Assembly (NCBI GenBank): GCA_905178155.1
Contig: CAJINV010000009.1
Location: 1,791,817 to 1,855,816 of the forward strand
Direction: 5' to 3'
Length of the DNA: 64,000 nt
Origin: Amoebophrya sp. A120
Lineage: Eukaryota; Protista; Dinoflagellata
In this document: positions 49,036 to 58,010 of the stretch, in pieces
How positions within the stretch are numbered: position 1 is the stretch's first letter
How the letters are laid out: each line of letters begins with the position of its first letter
Position numbers and translations under genes: made by a program
The notes under the pieces: model-generated
Database searches by the model: none
Told to the model about the DNA's origin: nothing
Seen by the model: only the letters and a program-made list of their open reading frames with translations

Positions 49036-52000
49036 CTAGCTCAGATTCATTTCTAGTTTCGCTCTGTTCGGACGAGTACTTCGATTGAATGGTGTTCCAC
49101 TTACGCTTGCTGCTGCATTTACTGCGTTAGCATTACTGTTCTTTGTTCGCGCTTCCTTTGCTGGTCCTTTTGCAGGACGATCAGCAGCAGGGCGCTCATT
49201 CGACACAGAAGTACTCGCACTTGATGATTCTTGTGCCTTCACGTTGAAGTGCCTTCGAATTTCGTTTCGCAGAACATCTCTCTGAGAGGGACCTGGTGGC
49301 TCGTCCGCTGTGCGAGCAGAAGACGACTGCGACTTCTCCTTCCCGTTGACCTTCCTGCAGTGTGTTCCCTGCACCTTCGACGCTGCATCTTCCGGCCCCC
49401 CGAGCAGCCAGGCTTTTTGCCGCGGCGGTGGAGGGGGCTGCACATCCCACAAAATTTCGTTGCCGCGCAGCTTTGTGCATAAATCCCCTGCAGGAGCTCT
49501 CTGCTCTTTCTTTGTTCTCTCTCCACTTTCGGCCGAGTCCTTGTCTCTTCGCCACGCTTCGATTTTCACCTTCTGTTCTTGTCGCTTTCTCGCCTCCTCG
49601 CGTTTCCTCCTTTCACGGGCTTTTTCCTCCTCAGCCGCAATCTCCTCGTCGTACGCGGCCTCGGCCTCCAGCTGCTCGTCCCGTTCTTGGTAGAGCGCGT
49701 CAAGCTTTTTCCGCAGTTCCCGATGGTGCTGCTGTCGCTTGCGCTCCTTCGCTTCGCTTCTTTCAAATTCCAGCTTTTGCTCTTTCTATCCTCAGGAAAG
49801 AACCCATGATCCCCATTGTTCACTTGATTTTGCATGCCAAACACTGGATGTGGATGAGTTGATGCATGTTCTGCAAGCATGGCAAATCCAAATTGGATGG
49901 GGATGCTGAGTCTTTTTTTGTGGATACTTCCAACTTCTCCTCCATTCTTTTCACGTCCACCAGCAACCTGCTCTCTAGCGTAGCCAACCGCTCCACGTCC
50001 TGCCGCACATCTCGCATCACGCGCTGCCGCTGGTAGTGCAGGCCCAATTCATCGGCGCAAGAACTGTTATTTGCGGTTATGGTGTGAATCACCTCCCCAC
50101 GCATCACCTCCCCACCTCCCTACCTCCCCACCCTGGGGAGGTGCCTCCCCGCGTGTGGGGAGGTGCCTCCCCAGTAGTGGGGAGGTGGGGAGGTTCTTCC
50201 CCACCTCCCTGCCGTCCAACACTTCCCCACCACGTTGCACTTCCCCGCGATGGTCGACCAGAACGTGACTGCGTCTGGATGCTTGTTGCTTGGCTTCGTT
50301 CTGTGCCATCGATCTACCTCGCGGCCATGAAGCCAGCAGGTATCTGCCACAACGCACATGGGCCCTCATCCTGCATGACAGATGCGCCTATGTACGCGGC
50401 CACCAGATGTCGACCGGCGGCCCTAAGGTGGCGAGCATGGAACGACCTACGGGGCACGCAAAGCAATGCCGCAAGGAGTTAAGGCACGGAGGCACGCCGG
50501 GGGCAAAGGGCGCACAACATTCAGAAGGGCCAACGAGAAGGGGGCGCCAAAAGGGTGACACGCAAGAGCGGAGAAGGGACAGAGCACACGAGGAAGAGAG
50601 AATCGCCGAGGCCAGCCGGCGCGACGGCGCCGTCGCGCCGGCTGGCCTCGACGACCCTAAACCCCGAGCCCTAAACCCTAGACCTAAACAACCAAGGCCG
50701 CAGCCGGCTCTGCTTCTGCATCACCTCCGGCCGTTGCGGTGGTGATGCGGCCGCGTCACGAGGTGATGCGGGGGAGGTGGGTAGGTGATCCGGGTGGGGG
50801 GGTGATGCGTGGGGAGGTGATTCAAAGGGGTGGGGAGGTGATTCACACTCCTACCGTTATTTGCTGGCGGTGGCTCTAAGACGACGACCGGAGCTGCATC
50901 TTCTCGTCCAGTGCTCGTTGCTGTGCTGCTGGTGTTCCTTCTACCACTTGAGTTGTGAGCAGGCGGATGTACCGGAACATGATTTTTATGTGGCGCGGTG
51001 CAGCGCGCCCGCAAATCCTGATGCCACGCGGCCGTGGCGCCCGTGTCATCACGGAGGAACAGATCCGTGGCTCGAATGATTTTTCGCGCCGTGTGCTGGT
51101 GCCTCCGCTTTTGCCGGTCGAAAGCATGACCTCCACCAGTTGAGGTTATTGCTTCCATGAAAGCATTGATTACGGTATCCTCGGATTTCCTTTCTCCTCT
51201 CGTCCCGCGTGGCCCTCTGGTGTCGTAGGTGGAGCCTTCTTGGCTTCGACAGGTTCGGGCGGTACTCGTGTAACTTGAAGAATTCGCGCTTAAGCTACAA
51301 TTAGAAGCGCTACTGCTCGACGTTGGCGAGTAGAGCGATGAGCGGACGACCACAGCATCGTGTTGAGACTGCTGCACCACAAGCGATTCCGTTGGCTCTT
51401 GCGAGGAGTAGTTGCAACAAGACCTACTTGTAGGTGGACCACTGTCGTCGTAGTTCTGCTTGTAGTCCTGAGTATTCAATGACTTATGATGTGGCGCCGC
51501 TTTCTTCGCCGGCGGGAACGGCTGTGAACCGAAAGATAGAGATGCTGCACCGGACGAAGCTAATTGCTCCTGATTTTGCGCCGGTGCCTTTCGCTTTGCT
51601 TGTTCTCCTGAACGTGCAACTGGTCCCGCTGTGACCATGGCCTTTTTCGAGCTCGTGCTTGCGATGTGGCTTCTTGGCGGTTCTTGTCGGAGCAGTGGAC
51701 TTTCGTCCAAAAGAGTCGCTATCCGGTCTGCGAGGCTAGGGATCCTAGAAGCAGTTTCATTTTTCTGTCCCGCAATTTTGACGTGAGCATCTTCGTCACA
51801 TGCCGAAGACGAGCTACCAGCAGGATGCCGCACGCTCATTGTTCCTTTGCCGTCATGATCCCTGGGCGAGATCGAACTGCAGTTCATGATCCCTTCGTCG
51901 CGCAGCTGAACAACGTCCGTATTGGTGGCTCTGGAGGCTGAAGCGTTTTTCACACCTTCGCAGGTCCTCCCCAGAGTTCCCGCCATCGAAGAAACCGAAG

Positions 52001-54608
52001 CACTCACGTTGTTCCCCGCCATGTTTTTTGTTGAGGAGAGTTGTAAGATCTTCGGCAGTAACCCTTTCGGCAGCAGAATGTGGTGTTCGCGGAGCGCCCG
52101 CGCGCGGAACGAGCGCTCGAATTCTCGCTCAAATTGGAGTCGCGCCTCCTGCGGCACCAAAGCGCAGAGCGATTGGCTGCTGCTGCGGGCAGATTTCATA
52201 GAAACAGAAAAATGCTCGCTTTCGTCCTCTGCACTGTGTGTCGCTGTTCCTCGTGGCGTGCGCGGCCTTCTCACACCTCGTCCGTTACACTGTCGTCCCA
52301 AGAGAAAATCGATCTTGTGCAGCACTTCTGCCTTCGCCCTATTCTCGTACGCTTGAGACAGTTGGGGGTAGTTGTTCCGAAGCGCGTCCGCGCTTCCTGC
52401 TGAGGGGGTTTCGGCGGCCCGAAGCAGTTCCAGGTGTTCGTCAAAGATGCGATTTCCTCGTAACCACGGCGCTGCTGCTTCGAAAGTTTTCTTTCGTTCC
52501 GCCGCGGACATCATGACCGATGTTGCAGCCGCTGCTGTCTCGTCGCCAACGATAATATTAGCAGCATCAGTGCTGGACCTGCACGTGGCCCAAAGACCAG
52601 CAGCAGGATCATTCACAGGATCCGCATCCCTGTTGTGGGTCGTTTCTCCCTCTGGTCCAGAGCGCCTTCCAGCACGCATAGCTCGATCCCGCAGTCTCGT
52701 TGTGGAAATGCAGGAGCGCTGAAACCGGTAGGCTCCGTGTCGCTTTCCCGGAGGAGAACCAATTCTGCTAGAAGATAGCTGTTGAAGAAATCGTGACCGC
52801 GACGAAAACGAAACTGACCTGTTCTGAACTTTTTGCGTTAGTACGGCAGCGCCACGCTGCTGGTACTGATGCTTTGTTGATCCTGATTCCGTTGTAGCAG
52901 CCACAATTTCATCATCCCGAACAGCAAGGGAGCACGAGTCGGGCTTGCTGCCGGCTTTGTTTACCTGATTCTGCAGCTCGACCACGTCTCCAGGAGCTCC
53001 TCCACAGAATCGAGATCCACCGCCTTCTTCTGCACATGATGGTCGCTCTTCCTCATCTTCTTTGTGCAAACAAGCAGCCACGACGTCCTGTCTCGGCTCT
53101 GCTACTTCTACTCCACCGGCTGCTGGTGGATGATCAGATGCTAACGCTTCTACGTGTTCTCGCTCTTCTTCTTCAGTGTTGCCATCTGAAGTTGTTTTCG
53201 CATCTTGTCCTTCATCAGCTTCACCTTTTGCTTCGTTGAGTGCGGCCGCGTCGAGGTCGTTTTCTTTCTCTGCCGCAGCTGCAGTGCGCGCTCGATTTCT
53301 GGCTGCTGCCTCCATCACGACAGAAAAGAAATCCTGGCGAGCTGGCGGCGGGAATGCTGTGTGCAAAGGCAACGCAGAAACGGTTATTTTCTCAACATGA
53401 TCCTTATCCGCGTTGTTTTCTAGCGAATCAGCGATCGCCTTTTCCTCTTCGAGTTTCTTTTTCGCAGCCACAACTTTCCCGATCTCCTGTTGCAGTAGTC
53501 GTTGCGAATGGTTTGTGGATGAGCGCAGCCGAGGTTCGTCGGTTTCATCTTCGGAAATAGCTAGTATGCTGCGAGCATTCGTTCCAGGAGGTGCTGGATC
53601 ATCTGCCAGATTTTTGTTCCTTTCAATTTCCCGGGCTTCGGCAAACCTTGTGCTTTTGCTTTCTAGACTCGAAAGCCACTCTTCGCGTTCGGCTTGCGTC
53701 GTGTAGAAGAGAACGTCGACTTCATTTTGCGGCAAAGCGAGGTAATCAAAGCCGCCATCCTTGGTCTCGCCGGCCGCCGTGTCCTCGAATGCCGTCCAAA
53801 ACTTGTGGGCCTCCTCGCAGAATGGGAACTGCCTTTCCAATGCTGCTGGCGCTAGCACACCTCCTACAACGCCAGGAGCTTGAGCTTGGCGCGACTGAGT
53901 CGCTTCGTCAGGAGCGGCAGCAGCAGTGAAGCCGGCAGTTTTGTCTTTGCTAGTCTGCGCAACATCGCCGTCCTCGCGATAGTTCTTGAGACGAGCGAGC
54001 ACCGCGTGAAACCGAGCATACGTTGTGGGGCGAGCTTTGTCGCTTACCTCTTGATGTTCTGGAGGAGATGAAATCGGTGCAGTTGGTGCGGTAGCTGACG
54101 CTGCAGGTGGAAACCCCGAACCCGAACCAGGTGCACCTGTTAGGACGTTGGTTCAGAATTTATTTGTGTCGCGGCGTAACTAAAGCCAAAATAAAGTTAG
54201 TAAAGGTCGAGCACCATTACAATTTCATTGACGGCTCGACGACGTCAGGCGGTTACTATTAAGTTTAAGACCCGATCCCAATGCTCATGCGCATCGTAGA
54301 TGATGAGGAGACGGCACAAAAATAACTGCAAGTAGATTGATACCCTGGGCGAAATGCTGTCCCCCGTCTGCCTCTACGAAGATTTTTGCAGCGTCCCCTG
54401 CAGTAGTTCCCCGGCTCAACAGTGAAAGCTTTTTGCTTTTTGCCTGCGCGGAAATCTGATTATGGACTCGACGCTGGAGTAGGCTGGAAACTTCCTGGAC
54501 GAATGTAGGTTCGTCGCGCAGCTCGGCGGTAAACAGACAGCGTAGCGCGGACCACGAAGGCAGGTCCGAAGAAGAAGTAGAAAACTCCTGGGATGAAGGT
54601 GCTGCCAT
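49036..54608 (-). CDS. Large low-complexity protein with C-terminal charged coiled coil; exons 54608-54344, 54136-50856, 50065-49927, 49781-49036
   Basis: One canonical intron (54137-54343, GTATCA...CTAACAG) and two TIR/TSD inserts. All joins preserve frame (PPANN|SSCADEL; EEKLE|EQKLEFER...QKVKIEAW). Confidence 0.75.
49787..49926 (-). mobile_element. TAT-family introner, 140 bp, TSD GGAAG/GAAAG
   Basis: Termini TATCC...GGATA. Contains CATCCCCATCCAATTTG as in the 37861 element and TTTGGCATGCAAAA. The join is in frame. Confidence 0.88.
50075..50855. mobile_element. Non-autonomous Mutator-like (MULE/MITE) element acting as an intron: 781 bp, 26-bp TIR, perfect 9-bp TSD GCAAATAAC
   Basis: GTTATTTGC at 50066-50074 and 50856-50864. 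TIR GGT(TATG/AGGA)GTGTGAATCACCTCCCCAC with subterminal CACCTCCCC repeats. No transposase ORF. Confidence 0.9.
50655..50688. repeat. Interstitial telomere-like (CCCTAAA)n relic, five degenerate units
   Basis: CCCTAAA CCCCGAG CCCTAAA CCCTAGA CCTAAA. Confidence 0.5.
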
Positions 54609-55382
54609 GACGTCGTTGCAACGTCGAAACGTGAACAAGAGGCTCTGTGACAACGATGGTGCGCTCGTTTTGAATGTTTATGTTATGAAAATGAATTACT
54701 ACTCGGAAAACGCACACTAGTAGCATAGACAGAGCAGCTGACACAAAGCGGAGGCGGTTTCGGTTTATCATGTTTATCGTCATTCGTCGCTCTCAACATT
54801 TGGCCGTCGTGCACAGGTGGTCTTGTACGCCTGAAGACGCCCTCTCTCGTGATAAAACTTTGTCACGATGCTGCTGTACACTCTGTCAAGATGAAGAAGA
54901 TAGACGAGAACGTTAGTCCAGCCACGACTGGAATTATGGTAGTCGGTGACGACTGGTTGACACCTTCTCATTTTTTCCCGCAGCTAATCATGATGAGTGA
55001 AGCTTATGATCAGGCTCAGGCAGCTGGTTCCTTGGCGTCGGCGAAGAACATCATGCCACGCTCAGTGTCACGCCGACATGTTGGACGGCTGAACATAACG
55101 ACTAACAAACCGCACACAAAGGCCATACTTCAAACACAGCCTACTCCATCATCTTGATCTGCATCGTAGACACAATTTCGCGACCCTGAGGGCAGTTGCA
55201 GATGCACATTGCTCCACCATGACTTTCTCACAGAGCTACAGGCACGCTGCAGCGCCAGTATCTAGCACTTCTAGCAGGAGGCCGTGGCTTCTTCATCATG
55301 TGGTTCCTTTTTCTGTTTGCTGTGGTTCGGACACAAGAGGTTCGAGATGACCACAGACACCTACTGAGTACGAGCTTTTTGT

Positions 55383-57176
55383 TTAAAAAAGAGCTCGAGT
55401 CCTCTGCTTTTTTTTTCTCATTCGAAACCATGCCACTAGTTCTGCCGCGTCCCGAGGTGGCTCCCCCGTACCCCCCAGATCAATGAGCATCTGGAACCGG
55501 TCGGCGCGAACCATCTGCCGGAGGAGATTCCACCTCATAGCTCGCGTCTTTGCTAAATTGTGGCTCTGGGTGTCTTCAAAATTCTTATCGACTTCTCGTT
55601 CTTCTTGCACCACATGCATGCCTTCATAGCTTGTCCAGTGCACCATGTGCATCACCATGCTGTCCCCGCCTGCTGGTAGCGCGACAGGATCCGACGAAGC
55701 TCCCGCCTCTCGTGCCTGTCTTGCCCGGAACCAGGCGACAAGCTCAGCGGCGTTCCGCGGAGGCCTGCCGGTTCCGCCCATAGCGATAAGGTCGTACAAA
55801 TGTCGGCTTCGAACTTCCTTTTGCAGTCTACGCCACCTGCCTTGCGTCAAAGCAGAATAAGTGCCGAAAACTGGTGCGGTGAATGATCTACTTGCCCCAG
55901 CAAGAGCAAGGCTATCAAACAGCGATGACGATCTCGTGATTTGGTCCATATTTTCCTCACTGTAGGCCGCTGCAGTCCGAGGAACTCCTAGCGGATTTGT
56001 CTTCGAGCGAACGTCTCGTACCGGTACTAGAGCCGCATGCTCTACCCCGAGTGCGGTCCTCGTGGTTACGTCGTTTTCATTATCATTATCTCGCGTTTGG
56101 ACTCGGCTCTTCCTCTTCTGATCATGCGCATGACAGAAACCGTCAAGGTCCTGATTCTTTTGCTCGTCTGGCCGGGCAAGAGTCTCAGAGACAGGTGGCT
56201 GTGCATCTTCTACCTCACCGCCCAGCGCGCCCTGTAATATATCTGCTTTCATCTTCAGGAAGGCCTTCTGGTGCGCCGCTCCCGCCTCCACTTGGTATAG
56301 GGGACTCGTGGTTTGCTCAGCTTGTTCGGAGTCAACATCGTCACGCATGTACACGTCTTCGTCTGCCTTGGTTGCAGAAGGAACTTCGAGTGCTTTGTTC
56401 CAACTTGAACTTACACCAGCCTCGGGGACGGGAACCGCGGCCATGGTTGACTCCTCAACGCTGGAACTGCAACTGCTACATACGATCTGCTTGTGCGGAG
56501 CGTGATGATCCTTCTCGGGAGGTGGCAAAGAGGCGGACGACGGTGGTGCCAACGTCATTGTATTTGCTCTTCTTGTCGGAACTGGAACATGAAAAAACAA
56601 CCTCGTTGTATTCGAATTCGACTCGTAGACTACTTTATCGTCTAGTTGTTCCAGCATCGCTGAAGCCTCTGGTGCAGCGGCTTCGACGTTTTTCACCACA
56701 TTAATCGCGCAGGCCGAGTGTGCACTTGAACTTCCCGCAAGGCTTTTGCTTTCCAGATCAACATGACAGTGAAGAAGATCCATTTCACGTTCGGCATGCT
56801 GTAACTCGACATCGTAGTCATCTTCGTTGGTAGGGCCGATACCTGCTTTATTTTCAGCAACGACGTCCTCGACAGCAATCTCGCTCGCTGCACACGTGTC
56901 CGGCTCCGGCTCGGCTTCTGGTGCCACTACTTGACCTTGAGTCTCATAGTTCAAAAGCTGCGCGTCATAGTTTCTGATGTGGTCGCCTGCGTCGCGGCCG
57001 CCCGGCACCCCCGTCTCCCTATTGGGAGCAGTTGCGTTATTTTCCACCAACACAACATCTTTAGACGGTCGTGGATCTGTGCCCTTAGTTTTCGATGCAG
57101 AGAGAGCAATTCTTTTTTTTGATGGGCGAAGACACATTCGGTCAAGGCAAAAAGAGAGATAAAAAGATGTCAACAT
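55383..57176 (-). CDS. Hypothetical protein with a duplicated ~40-aa C-terminal module
   Basis: 597-aa ORF containing RWRRLQKEVRSRHLYDLIAMGGTGRPPRNAAELVAWFR and RWNLLRQMVRADRFQMLIDLGGTGEPPRDAAELVAWFR. Confidence 0.75.
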   Translation of the reverse strand: MLTSFYLSFCLDRMCLRPSKKRIALSASKTKGTDPRPSKDVVLVENNATAPNRETGVPGGRDAGDHIRNYDAQLLNYETQGQVVAPEAEPEPDTCAASEIAVEDVVAENKAGIGPTNEDDYDVELQHAEREMDLLHCHVDLESKSLAGSSSAHSACAINVVKNVEAAAPEASAMLEQLDDKVVYESNSNTTRLFFHVPVPTRRANTMTLAPPSSASLPPPEKDHHAPHKQIVCSSCSSSVEESTMAAVPVPEAGVSSSWNKALEVPSATKADEDVYMRDDVDSEQAEQTTSPLYQVEAGAAHQKAFLKMKADILQGALGGEVEDAQPPVSETLARPDEQKNQDLDGFCHAHDQKRKSRVQTRDNDNENDVTTRTALGVEHAALVPVRDVRSKTNPLGVPRTAAAYSEENMDQITRSSSLFDSLALAGASRSFTAPVFGTYSALTQGRWRRLQKEVRSRHLYDLIAMGGTGRPPRNAAELVAWFRARQAREAGASSDPVALPAGGDSMVMHMVHWTSYEGMHVVQEEREVDKNFEDTQSHNLAKTRAMRWNLLRQMVRADRFQMLIDLGGTGEPPRDAAELVAWFRMRKKKQRTRALF

Positions 57177-58010
57177 GTGTGGTCAGATAGTCCAAAATCC
57201 GGTAAAACTACGAACGATATAGTATACATTGAAGTACGAAGCTGATGAGTCTGGGGTCTACACCGATGCGAATAATCGTCGTTTCGAGGGTGTATCTTGA
57301 TCCTGAATACGTGACCTCGTCCATCACGCTGCCGAACCGCCATAAATGATCAGCCTGAGTCTGATGAGGTCTCATGCCCTTAAGCTTGTGTACTGACTGT
57401 AATCTTTCTCAAGACCGACCTTCTGGATGTTGCCAATCATGATCTTCCAGATCCATCGACGGATATGGTTCGGGAAGCCCTGCCCCTGGAGATCAGGGAC
57501 AGAAGGCAGCATCAACAGTACCGAGCATCGAGGTCTGCTCCTCCTGCAAAAGCTCTTGTGAAGTTGGTGACCATGTTGTACTCGGAAAGCCGAACTATGA
57601 CGAGTCAACGTGACTGCTCTGTTCTCGTGTCGACCGATCACTTAAAATACTAGTATCCGCCTATACAACTTGCCTTTCTACTAGCTCAATTATCATCCTG
57701 ACGTTTAATGCGACTTGTTGCTCATCATGTATCGGTTTTGGTGGTCTATATCTTTTTTGGTCTTTGTTCTCAGGCTGGTCTGGAAGCATCTTCATCAGTA
57801 CTGATGTGCGATGCAGTGGTCCTGCTCGAGTCAGTTCCGATGTTTTCTCGCGGAAGACAACCACTTCGAAAGAGTGATCGGGTTTCTCTTTCTGCTTTAT
57901 TGGTACATTCGCTTTGAAATAAGTAAATCTGAAAAAGTGTTTCTGTTTGTAACTCTAACTCAGCTCGTCCTCGTCGTGGCGCCACGACGAGCAACATCCA
58001 CAGTGTGTCT

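Noticed and set aside
50340-50410. Nested TAT-family element inside the Mutator-like insert (TATCTG...GCATGACAG...CAGATG)
   Set aside because: No flanking 5-bp repeat and no ATA terminus.
57205-57864. Protein-like minus-strand frame interrupted by several TAG/TGA codons
   Set aside because: Four internal stops and no homology cue; cannot be distinguished from decayed or random sequence.
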